In this document: positions 34,989 to 47,900 of the stretch, piece by piece
How the letters are laid out: each line of letters starts with the position of its first letter
Numbering within the stretch: the stretch's first letter is position 1
From: Macrostomum lignano
Lineage: Eukaryota
NCBI GenBank assembly: GCA_002269645.1
Contig: NIVC01001653.1
Coordinates: 1-64,000 of the forward strand
Direction: 5' to 3'
DNA length: 64,000 nucleotides
Notes under the pieces: generated by a model
Databases searched by the model: none
The model's input: the letters and a program-made list of their open reading frames with translations, nothing else
Told to the model about the DNA's origin: nothing
Position numbers and translations under genes: made by a program

Positions 34989-35219
34989 TGTTATTGCCAC
35001 CTAGTTGAATTAGCCTAGCAGGGCGGTGCCTGTTCCCAGCGCTCTCTCTCTCTCGCCCGCTCTGTCCTAATCAATAGCGTAGCAATGTACATGTTCATGA
35101 ATGTACGCATCGTTCACTGTCACCTAAGAAATATATATATATTGGGCCCACGGCCATATGGGGCCTTAAGCCTTTCGTTTCGCGCTCACACTGCCGCCTT
35201 CACTATCGCAGTATTTACA
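34989..35219 (+). repeat. 3' LTR of Gypsy copy B
   Basis: Near-identical to 30612-30844. Confidence 0.96.
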
Positions 35220-35360
35220 ACAGACAGACAGACAGACAGACAGACACTAAGACAGACAGACAAACAGACAGACAGAAAGACAGACAGAAAGACAGACAGA
35301 CAGACAGAAAGACAGACAGACAGATAGACAGACAGACAGAAAGACAGACAGACCAGACAG
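35220..35360. repeat. (GACA)n microsatellite, right part
   Basis: Directly visible. Confidence 0.95.
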
Positions 35361-35925
35361 CCTGTCCGCATCGCATCTCGGATTGTCAATCGCGCAGTGA
35401 CGCATGCACTTCACAATGACCTTCCGCCTTTAGGCACCTCCATGGTAAAAACGGAAATAGCTAACTGAGCTTCCAACATTTGTCGGCGATGAGCAAGGCT
35501 AGCAGAGCAAAACTAAGAAATGCAGACTCATCTCTCAATGCAAGACTGCATCCATGTATTTTTTCACATCAAACTCAACAAACATTATTATCTCACTGCT
35601 ATTAACTCGATTAAGCATTGATTTTTGTTTTGTCTCTTTTTCAGAGACTCAAATTATAACAGTAAGTAAATATAGATTACATATTCAGGTACAACCAGTC
35701 AGAAAAAAATTTAGTCTCAACCTTCAACTTGTACCAACTGCTAGGTTATAAAAACTACGGAATTGTTCTTTGTACTTCTTGAGCTCTCGAGTGCAAGGCA
35801 ATACTGATGCCGCAATACAGAAAGACAACGGTGGCCTGCGACTGATGCACAATGAGAAAAGCCTAGGCTTTAAGTTCTAAAGCTCGTGGAGTTCACGGAT
35901 GCAAGGCGAGTGACAGGGGCACATG

Positions 35926-38900
35926 CTTGTGAATGAAAGAGTCTAGATCTACTTGTAAACGGCCAAGTCTAGATCTACTTGTGAATGACCGAGTCTAGAT
36001 CTACTTGTGAATGACCGAGTCTAGATCTACTTGTGAATGAGTCTAGATCTACTTGTGAATGACCGAGTCTAGATCTACTTGTGAATGACCGTGTCTAGAT
36101 CTAATTGTGAACGGCCGAGTCTAGATCTAATTGTGAATGGCCGAGTCTAGATCTACTTGTGAATGACCGAGTCTAGATCTACTTGTGAATGACCGAGTCT
36201 AGATCTACTTGTGAATGACCGAGTCTAGATCTACTTGTGAATGACCGAGTCTAGATCTACTTGTGAATGCCGAGTCTAGATCTACTTGTGAATGACCGAG
36301 TCTAGATCTACTTGTGAATGACCGAGTCTAGATCTACTTGTGAATGACCGAGTCTAGATCTACTTGTGAATGACCGAGTCTAGATCTACTTGTGAATGAC
36401 CGAGTCTAGATCTACTTGTGAATGACCGAGTCTAGATCTACTTGTGAATGACCGAGTCTAGATCTACTTGTGAATGACCGAGTCTAGATCTACTTGTGAA
36501 TGACCGAGTCTAGATCTACTTGTGAATGACCGAGTCTAGATCTACTTGTGAATGACCGAGTCTAGATCTACTTGTGAATGACCGAGTCTAGATCTACTTG
36601 TGAATGACCGAGTCTAGATCTACTTGTGAATGCCGAGTCTAGATCTACTTGTGAATGGCCGAGTCTAGATCTACTTGTGAACGGCCGAGTCTAGATCTAC
36701 TTGTGAACGGCCGAGTCTAGATCTACTTGTGAACGGCCGAGTCTAGATCTACTTGTGAACGGCCGAGTCTAGATCTACTTGTGAACGGCCGAGTCTAGAT
36801 CTACTTGTGAACGGCCGAGTCTAGATCTACTTGTGAACGGCCGAGTCTAGATCTACTTGTGAATGGCCGAGTCTAGATCTACTTGTGAATGGCCGAGTCT
36901 AGATCTACTTGTGAACGGCCGAGTCTAGATCTACTTGTGAATGGCCGAGTCTAGATCTACTTGTGAATGACCGAGTCTAGATCTACTTGTGAATGACCGA
37001 GTCTAGATCTACTTGTGAATGCCGAGTCTAGATCTACTTGTGAATGGCCGAGTCTAGATCTACTTGTGAATGGCCGAGTCTAGATCTACTTGTGAATGCC
37101 GAGTCTAGATCTACTTGTGAATGCCGAGTCTAGATCTACTTGTGAATGCCGAGTCTAGATCTACTTGTGAATGGCCGAGTCTAGATCTACTTGTGAATGG
37201 CCGAGTCTAGATCTACTTGTGAATGGCCGAGTCTAGATCTACTTGTGAATGGCCGAGTCTAGATCTACTTGTGAATGGCCGAGTCTAGATCTACTTGTGA
37301 ATGGCCGAGTCTAGATCTACTTGTGAATGCCGAGTCTAGATCTACTTGTGAATGCCGAGTCTAGATCTACTTGTGAATGCCGAGTCTAGATCTACTTGTG
37401 AATGACCGAGTCTAGATCTACTTGTGAATGACCGAGTCTAGATCTACTTGTGAATGACCGAGTCTAGATCTACTTGTGAATGACCGAGTCTAGATCTACT
37501 TGTGAATGACCGAGTCTAGATCTACTTGTGAATGACCGAGTCTAGATCTACTTGTGAATGACCGAGTCTAGATCTACTTGTGAATGACCGAGTCTAGATC
37601 TACTTGTGAATGACCGAGTCTAGATCTACTTGTGAATGCCGAGTCTAGATCTACTTGTGAATGCCGAGTCTAGATCTACTTGTGAATGACCGAGTCTAGA
37701 TCTACTTGTGAATGACCGAGTCTAGATCTACTTGTGAATGACCGAGTCTAGATCTACTTGTGAATGACCGAGTCTAGATCTACTTGTGAATGACCGAGTC
37801 TAGATCTACTTGTGAATGACCGAGTCTAGATCTACTTGTGAATGACCGAGTCTAGATCTACTTGTGAATGACCGAGTCTAGATCTACTTGTGAATGCCGA
37901 GTCTAGATCTACTTGTGAATGACCGAGTCTAGATCTACTTGTGAATGACCGAGTCTAGATCTACTTGTGAATGACCGAGTCTAGATCTACTTGTGAATGC
38001 CGAGTCTAGATCTACTTGTGAATGGCCGAGTCTAGATCTACTTGTGAACGGCCGAGTCTAGATCTACTTGTGAACGGCCGAGTCTAGATCTACTTGTGAA
38101 CGGCCGAGTCTAGATCTACTTGTGAACGGCCGAGTCTAGATCTACTTGTGAACGGCCGAGTCTAGATCTACTTGTGAACGGCCGAGTCTAGATCTACTTG
38201 TGAACGGCCGAGTCTAGATCTACTTGTGAACGGCCGAGTCTAGATCTACTTGTGAACGGCCGAGTCTAGATCTACTTGTGAACGGCCGAGTCTAGATCTA
38301 CTTGTGAATGGCCGAGTCTAGATCTACTTGTGAACGGCCGAGTCTAGATCTACTTGTGAACGGCCGAGTCTAGATCTACTTGTGAATGCCGAGTCTAGAT
38401 CTACTTGTGAATGACCGAGTCTAGATCTACTTGTGAATGACCGAGTCTAGATCTACTTGTGAATGACCGAGTCTAGATCTACTTGTGAATGACCGAGTCT
38501 AGATCTACTTGTGAATGACCGAGTCTAGATCTAATTGTGAATGCCGAGTCTAGATCTAATTGTGAATGCCGAGTCTAGATCTACTTGTGAATGACCGAGT
38601 CTAGATCTACTTGTGAATGACCGAGTCTAGATCTACTTGTGAATGACCGAGTCTAGATCTACTTGTGAATGACCGAGTCTAGATCTACTTGTGAATGACC
38701 GAGTCTAGATCTACTTGTGAATGGCCGAGTCTAGATCTACTTGTGAATGACCGAGTCTAGATCTACTTGTGAATGACCGAGTCTAGATCTACTTGTGAAT
38801 GACCGAGTCTAGATCTACTTGTGAATGACCGAGTCTAGATCTACTTGTGAATGACCGAGTCTAGATCTACTTGTGAATGACCGAGTCTAGATCTACTTGT

Positions 38901-41900
38901 GAATGACCGAGTCTAGATCTACTTGTGAATGACCGAGTCTAGATCTACTTGTGAATGACCGAGTCTAGATCTACTTGTGAATGACCGAGTCTAGATCTAC
39001 TTGTGAATGACCGAGTCTAGATCTACTTGTGAATGACCGAGTCTAGATCTACTTGTGAATGCCGAGTCTAGATCTACTTGTGAATGACCGAGTCTAGATC
39101 TACTTGTGAATGCCGAGTCTAGATCTACTTGTGAACGGCCGAGTCTAGATCTACTTGTGAACGGCCGAGTCTAGATCTACTTGTGAATGCCGAGTCTAGA
39201 TCTACTTGTGAATGCCGAGTCTAGATCTACTTGTGAATGCCGAGTCTAGATCTACTTGTGAACGGCCGAGTCTAGATCTACTTGTGAATGCCGAGTCTAG
39301 ATCTACTTGTGAATGGCCGAGTCTAGATCTACTTGTGAACGGCCGAGTCTAGATCTACTTGTGAATGCCGAGTCTAGATCTACTTGTGAATGCCGAGTCT
39401 AGATCTACTTGTGAACGGCCGAGTCTAGATCTACTTGTGAACGGCCGAGTCTAGATCTACTTGTGAACGGCCGAGTCTAGATCTACTTGTGAACGGCCGA
39501 GTCTAGATCTACTTGTGAATGGCCGAGTCTAGATCTACTTGTGAATGGCCGAGTCTAGATCTACTTGTGAATGCCGAGTCTAGATCTACTTGTGAATGCC
39601 GAGTCTAGATCTACTTGTGAATGCCGAGTCTAGATCTACTTGTGAATGACCGAGTCTAGATCTACTTGTGAATGACCGAGTCTAGATCTACTTGTGAATG
39701 CCGAGTCTAGATCTACTTGTGAATGACCGAGTCTAGATCTACTTGTGAATGACCGAGTCTAGATCTATTGTGAATGACCGAGTCTAGATCTACTTGTGAA
39801 TGCCGAGTCTAGATCTACTTGTGAATGACCGAGTCTAGATCTACTTGTGAATGACCGAGTCTAGATCTACTTGTGAATGACCGAGTCTAGATCTACTTGT
39901 GAATGACCGAGTCTAGATCTACTTGTGAATGACCGAGTCTAGATCTACTTGTGAATGACCGAGTCTAGATCTACTTGTGAATGACCGAGTCTAGATCTAC
40001 TTGTGAATGACCGAGTCTAGATCTACTTGTGAATGACCGAGTCTAGATCTACTTGTGAATGACCGAGTCTAGATCTACTTGTGAATGACCGAGTCTAGAT
40101 CTACTTGTGAATGACCGAGTCTAGATCTACTTGTGAATGACCGAGTCTAGATCTACTTGTGAATGACCGAGTCTAGATCTACTTGTGAATGACCGAGTCT
40201 AGATCTACTTGTGAATGCCGAGTCTAGATCTACTTGTGAATGACCGAGTCTAGATCTACTTGTGAATGACCGAGTCTAGATCTACTTGTGAATGACCGAG
40301 TCTAGATCTACTTGTGAATGCCGAGTCTAGATCTACTTGTGAATGGCCGAGTCTAGATCTACTTGTGAATGGCCGAGTCTAGATCTACTTGTGAACGGCC
40401 GAGTCTAGATCTACTTGTGAACGGCCGAGTCTAGATCTACTTGTGAACGGCCGAGTCTAGATCTACTTGTGAATGCCGAGTCTAGATCTACTTGTGAACG
40501 GCCGAGTCTAGATCTACTTGTGAACGGCCGAGTCTAGATCTACTTGTGAACGGCCGAGTCTAGATCTACTTGTGAACGGCCGAGTCTAGATCTACTTGTG
40601 AATGCCGAGTCTAGATCTACTTGTGAATGACCGAGTCTAGATCTACTTGTGAATGCCGAGTCTAGATCTACTTGTGAATGCCGAGTCTAGATCTACTTGT
40701 GAATGACCGAGTCTAGATCTACTTGTGAATGCCGAGTCTAGATCTACTTGTGAATGACCGAGTCTAGATCTACTTGTGAATGACCGAGTCTAGATCTACT
40801 TGTGAATGACCGAGTCTAGATCTACTTGTGAATGACCGAGTCTAGATCTACTTGTGAATGACCGAGTCTAGATCTACTTGTGAATGACCGAGTCTAGATC
40901 TACTTGTGAATGACCGAGTCTAGATCTACTTGTGAATGACCGAGTCTAGATCTACTTGTGAATGACCGAGTCTAGATCTACTTGTGAATGACCGAGTCTA
41001 GATCTACTTGTGAATGCCGAGTCTAGATCTACTTGTGAATGACCGAGTCTAGATCTACTTGTGAATGACCGAGTCTAGATCTACTTGTGAATGACCGAGT
41101 CTAGATCTACTTGTGAATGACCGAGTCTAGATCTACTTGTGAATGCCGAGTCTAGATCTACTTGTGAATGACCGAGTCTAGATCTACTTGTGAATGCCGA
41201 GTCTAGATCTACTTGTGAATGCCGAGTCTAGATCTACTTGTGAACGGCCGAGTCTAGATCTACTTGTGAATGCCGAGTCTAGATCTACTTGTGAATGACC
41301 GAGTCTAGATCTACTTGTGAACGGCCGAGTCTAGATCTACTTGTGAACGGCCGAGTCTAGATCTACTTGTGAATGCCGAGTCTAGATCTACTTGTGAACG
41401 GCCGAGTCTAGATCTACTTGTGAACGGCCGAGTCTAGATCTACTTGTGAACGGCCGAGTCTAGATCTACTTGTGAACGGCCGAGTCTAGATCTACTTGTG
41501 AATGCCGAGTCTAGATCTACTTGTGAATGCCGAGTCTAGATCTACTTGTGAATGACCGAGTCTAGATCTACTTGTGAATGCCGAGTCTAGATCTACTTGT
41601 GAATGACCGAGTCTAGATCTACTTGTGAATGACCGAGTCTAGATCTACTTGTGAATGACCGAGTCTAGATCTACTTGTGAATGACCGAGTCTAGATCTAC
41701 TTGTGAATGACCGAGTCTAGATCTACTTGTGAATGCCGAGTCTAGATCTACTTGTGAATGACCGAGTCTAGATCTACTTGTGAATGACCGAGTCTAGATC
41801 TACTTGTGAATGCCGAGTCTAGATCTACTTGTGAACGGCCGAGTCTAGATCTACTTGTGAATGGCCGAGTCTAGATCTACTTGTGAATGCCGAGTCTAGA

Positions 41901-44900
41901 TCTACTTGTGAATGGCCGAGTCTAGATCTACTTGTGAACGGCCGAGTCTAGATCTACTTGTGAACGGCCGAGTCTAGATCTACTTGTGAACGGCCGAGTC
42001 TAGATCTACTTGTGAACGGCCGAGTCTAGATCTACTTGTGAACGGCCGAGTCTAGATCTACTTGTGAATGCCGAGTCTAGATCTACTTGTGAATGACCGA
42101 GTCTAGATCTACTTGTGAACGGCCGAGTCTAGATCTACTTGTGAATGCCGAGTCTAGATCTACTTGTGAATGACCGAGTCTAGATCTACTTGTGAATGAC
42201 CGAGTCTAGATCTACTTGTGAATGACCGAGTCTAGATCTACTTGTGAATGACCGAGTCTAGATCTACTTGTGAATGACCGAGTCTAGATCTACTTGTGAA
42301 TGACCGAGTCTAGATCTACTTGTGAATGACCGAGTCTAGATCTACTTGTGAATGACCGAGTCTAGATCTACTTGTGAATGCCGAGTCTAGATCTACTTGT
42401 GAATGACCGAGTCTAGATCTACTTGTGAATGACCGAGTCTAGATCTACTTGTGAATGACCGAGTCTAGATCTACTTGTGAATGCCGAGTCTAGATCTACT
42501 TGTGAATGACCGAGTCTAGATCTACTTGTGAATGACCGAGTCTAGATCTACTTGTGAATGACCGAGTCTAGATCTACTTGTGAATGACCGAGTCTAGATC
42601 TACTTGTGAATGACCGAGTCTAGATCTACTTGTGAATGACCGAGTCTAGATCTACTTGTGAATGACCGAGTCTAGATCTACTTGTGAATGACCGAGTCTA
42701 GATCTACTTGTGAATGACCGAGTCTAGATCTACTTGTGAATGCCGAGTCTAGATCTACTTGTGAATGCCGAGTCTAGATCTACTTGTGAACGGCCGAGTC
42801 TAGATCTACTTGTGAACGGCCGAGTCTAGATCTACTTGTGAACGGCCGAGTCTAGATCTACTTGTGAACGGCCGAGTCTAGATCTACTTGTGAACGGCCG
42901 AGTCTAGATCTACTTGTGAACGGCCGAGTCTAGATCTACTTGTGAACGGCCGAGTCTAGATCTACTTGTGAATGCCGAGTCTAGATCTACTTGTGAACGG
43001 CCGAGTCTAGATCTACTTGTGAATGCCGAGTCTAGATCTACTTGTGAATGACCGAGTCTAGATCTACTTGTGAATGACCGAGTCTAGATCTACTTGTGAA
43101 TGACCGAGTCTAGATCTACTTGTGAATGCCGAGTCTAGATCTACTTGTGAATGCCGAGTCTAGATCTACTTGTGAATGCCGAGTCTAGATCTACTTGTGA
43201 ATGCCGAGTCTAGATCTACTTGTGAATGCCGAGTCTAGATCTACTTGTGAATGCCGAGTCTAGATCTACTTGTGAATGCCGAGTCTAGATCTACTTGTGA
43301 ATGCCGAGTCTAGATCTACTTGTGAATGACCGAGTCTAGATCTACTTGTGAATGACCGAGTCTAGATCTACTTGTGAATGCCGAGTCTAGATCTACTTGT
43401 GAATGACCGAGTCTAGATCTACTTGTGAATGACCGAGTCTAGATCTACTTGTGAATGACCGAGTCTAGATCTACTTGTGAATGCCGAGTCTAGATCTACT
43501 TGTGAATGACCGAGTCTAGATCTACTTGTGAATGACCGAGTCTAGATCTACTTGTGAATGACCGAGTCTAGATCTACTTGTGAATGACCGAGTCTAGATC
43601 TACTTGTGAATGACCGAGTCTAGATCTACTTGTGAATGACCGAGTCTAGATCTACTTGTGAATGACCGAGTCTAGATCTACTTGTGAATGACCGAGTCTA
43701 GATCTACTTGTGAATGACCGAGTCTAGATCTACTTGTGAACGGCCGAGTCTAGATCTACTTGTGAATGACCGAGTCTAGATCTACTTGTGAATGACCGAG
43801 TCTAGATCTACTTGTGAATGCCGAGTCTAGATCTACTTGTGAATGACCGAGTCTAGATCTACTTGTGAATGACCGAGTCTAGATCTACTTGTGAATGACC
43901 GAGTCTAGATCTACTTGTGAATGACCGAGTCTAGATCTACTTGTGAATGACCGAGTCTAGATCTACTTGTGAATGACCGAGTCTAGATCTACTTGTGAAT
44001 GCCGAGTCTAGATCTACTTGTGAATGACCGAGTCTAGATCTACTTGTGAATGACCGAGTCTAGATCTACTTGTGAATGGCCGAGTCTAGATCTACTTGTG
44101 AATGCCGAGTCTAGATCTACTTGTGAACGGCCGAGTCTAGATCTACTTGTGAATGCCGAGTCTAGATCTACTTGTGAACGGCCGAGTCTAGATCTACTTG
44201 TGAACGGCCGAGTCTAGATCTACTTGTGAATGCCGAGTCTAGATCTACTTGTGAACGGCCGAGTCTAGATCTACTTGTGAATGCCGAGTCTAGATCTACT
44301 TGTGAATGGCCGAGTCTAGATCTACTTGTGAATGGCCGAGTCTAGATCTACTTGTGAATGCCGAGTCTAGATCTACTTGTGAACGGCCGAGTCTAGATCT
44401 ACTTGTGAATGCCGAGTCTAGATCTACTTGTGAATGCCGAGTCTAGATCTACTTGTGAATGCCGAGTCTAGATCTACTTGTGAATGACCGAGTCTAGATC
44501 TACTTGTGAATGCCGAGTCTAGATCTACTTGTGAACGGCCGAGTCTAGATCTACTTGTGAATGACCGAGTCTAGATCTACTTGTGAATGACCGAGTCTAG
44601 ATCTACTTGTGAATGACCGAGTCTAGATCTACTTGTGAATGACCGAGTCTAGATCTACTTGTGAATGACCGAGTCTAGATCTACTTGTGAATGCCGAGTC
44701 TAGATCTACTTGTGAATGACCGAGTCTAGATCTACTTGTGAATGACCGAGTCTAGATCTACTTGTGAATGCCGAGTCTAGATCTACTTGTGAATGCCGAG
44801 TCTAGATCTACTTGTGAATGACCGAGTCTAGATCTACTTGTGAATGCCGAGTCTAGATCTACTTGTGAATGCCGAGTCTAGATCTACTTGTGAATGCCGA

Positions 44901-47900
44901 GTCTAGATCTACTTGTGAATGCCGAGTCTAGATCTACTTGTGAATGACCGAGTCTAGATCTACTTGTGAATGACCGAGTCTAGATCTACTTGTGAATGAC
45001 CGAGTCTAGATCTACTTGTGAATGACCGAGTCTAGATCTACTTGTGAATGCCGAGTCTAGATCTACTTGTGAATGCCGAGTCTAGATCTACTTGTGAACG
45101 GCCGAGTCTAGATCTACTTGTGAATGGCCGAGTCTAGATCTACTTGTGAATGCCGAGTCTAGATCTACTTGTGAACGGCCGAGTCTAGATCTACTTGTGA
45201 ACGGCCGAGTCTAGATCTACTTGTGAACGGCCGAGTCTAGATCTACTTGTGAACGGCCGAGTCTAGATCTACTTGTGAATGACCGAGTCTAGATCTACTT
45301 GTGAACGGCCGAGTCTAGATCTACTTGTGAATGACCGAGTCTAGATCTACTTGTGAATGACCGAGTCTAGATCTACTTGTGAATGCCGAGTCTAGATCTA
45401 CTTGTGAATGCCGAGTCTAGATCTACTTGTGAATGACCGAGTCTAGATCTACTTGTGAATGCCGAGTCTAGATCTACTTGTGAATGACCGAGTCTAGATC
45501 TACTTGTGAATGCCGAGTCTAGATCTACTTGTGAATGGCCGAGTCTAGATCTACTTGTGAATGGCCGAGTCTAGATCTACTTGTGAATGCCGAGTCTAGA
45601 TCTACTTGTGAATGCCGAGTCTAGATCTACTTGTGAACGGCCGAGTCTAGATCTACTTGTGAATGGCCGAGTCTAGATCTACTTGTGAACGGCCGAGTCT
45701 AGATCTACTTGTGAACGGCCGAGTCTAGATCTACTTGTGAATGCCGAGTCTAGATCTACTTGTGAATGCCGAGTCTAGATCTACTTGTGAACGGCCGAGT
45801 CTAGATCTACTTGTGAATGCCGAGTCTAGATCTACTTGTGAATGCCGAGTCTAGATCTACTTGTGAATGACCGAGTCTAGATCTACTTGTGAATGACCGA
45901 GTCTAGATCTACTTGTGAATGCCGAGTCTAGATCTACTTGTGAATGACCGAGTCTAGATCTACTTGTGAATGACCGAGTCTAGATCTACTTGTGAATGAC
46001 CGAGTCTAGATCTACTTGTGAATGCCGAGTCTAGATCTACTTGTGAATGACCGAGTCTAGATCTACTTGTGAATGACCGAGTCTAGATCTACTTGTGAAT
46101 GACCGAGTCTAGATCTACTTGTGAATGCCGAGTCTAGATCTACTTGTGAATGACCGAGTCTAGATCTACTTGTGAATGACCGAGTCTAGATCTACTTGTG
46201 AATGACCGAGTCTAGATCTACTTGTGAATGACCGAGTCTAGATCTACTTGTGAATGCCGAGTCTAGATCTACTTGTGAATGACCGAGTCTAGATCTACTT
46301 GTGAATGACCGAGTCTAGATCTACTTGTGAATGACCGAGTCTAGATCTACTTGTGAATGACCGAGTCTAGATCTACTTGTGAATGCCGAGTCTAGATCTA
46401 CTTGTGAATGACCGAGTCTAGATCTACTTGTGAATGACCGAGTCTAGATCTACTTGTGAATGGCCGAGTCTAGATCTACTTGTGAATGCCGAGTCTAGAT
46501 CTACTTGTGAACGGCCGAGTCTAGATCTACTTGTGAATGCCGAGTCTAGATCTACTTGTGAATGCCGAGTCTAGATCTACTTGTGAATGCCGAGTCTAGA
46601 TCTACTTGTGAATGACCGAGTCTAGATCTACTTGTGAATGCCGAGTCTAGATCTACTTGTGAATGACCGAGTCTAGATCTATTGTGAATGACCGAGTCTA
46701 GATCTACTTGTGAATGACCGAGTCTAGATCTACTTGTGAATGACCGAGTCTAGATCTACTTGTGAATGCCGAGTCTAGATCTACTTGTGAATGCCGAGTC
46801 TAGATCTACTTGTGAACGGCCGAGTCTAGATCTACTTGTGAATGACCGAGTCTAGATCTACTTGTGAATGCCGAGTCTAGATCTACTTGTGAATGACCGA
46901 GTCTAGATCTACTTGTGAATGACCGAGTCTAGATCTACTTGTGAATGACCGAGTCTAGATCTACTTGTGAATGACCGAGTCTAGATCTACTTGTGAATGC
47001 CGAGTCTAGATCTACTTGTGAATGACCGAGTCTAGATCTACTTGTGAATGCCGAGTCTAGATCTACTTGTGAATGACCGAGTCTAGATCTACTTGTGAAT
47101 GACCGAGTCTAGATCTACTTGTGAATGCCGAGTCTAGATCTACTTGTGAATGACCGAGTCTAGATCTACTTGTGAATGGCCGAGTCTAGATCTACTTGTG
47201 AATGGCCGAGTCTAGATCTACTTGTGAACGGCCGAGTCTAGATCTACTTGTGAACGGCCGAGTCTAGATCTACTTGTGAATGGCCGAGTCTAGATCTACT
47301 TGTGAACGGCCGAGTCTAGATCTACTTGTGAACGGCCGAGTCTAGATCTACTTGTGAACGGCCGAGTCTAGATCTACTTGTGAACGGCCGAGTCTAGATC
47401 TACTTGTGAATGCCGAGTCTAGATCTACTTGTGAATGGCCGAGTCTAGATCTACTTGTGAATGCCGAGTCTAGATCTACTTGTGAATGGCCGAGTCTAGA
47501 TCTACTTGTGAACGGCCGAGTCTAGATCTACTTGTGAATGACCGAGTCTAGATCTACTTGTGAATGACCGAGTCTAGATCTACTTGTGAATGCCGAGTCT
47601 AGATCTACTTGTGAATGACCGAGTCTAGATCTACTTGTGAATGCCGAGTCTAGATCTACTTGTGAATGGCCGAGTCTAGATCTACTTGTGAATGACCGAG
47701 TCTAGATCTACTTGTGAATGACCGAGTCTAGATCTAATTGTGAATGACCGAGTCTAGATCTACTTGTGAATGACCGAGTCTAGATCTACTTGTGAATGAC
47801 CGAGTCTAGATCTACTTGTGAACGGCCGAGTCTAGATCTACTTGTGAATGACCGAGTCTAGATCTACTTGTGAATGACCGAGTCTAGATCTACTTGTGAA

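Larger units (their letters stand above)
30612..35219 (+). mobile_element. Ty3/Gypsy LTR retrotransposon (Mag-like), copy B, a family related to but distinct from A
   Basis: TG...CA LTRs at 30612-30844 and 34989-35219 differ only by one CT unit and one substitution. TSD ACAGA, PBS-like TGGCATCGC, and gag-PR-RT-RH-INT order. Confidence 0.97.
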
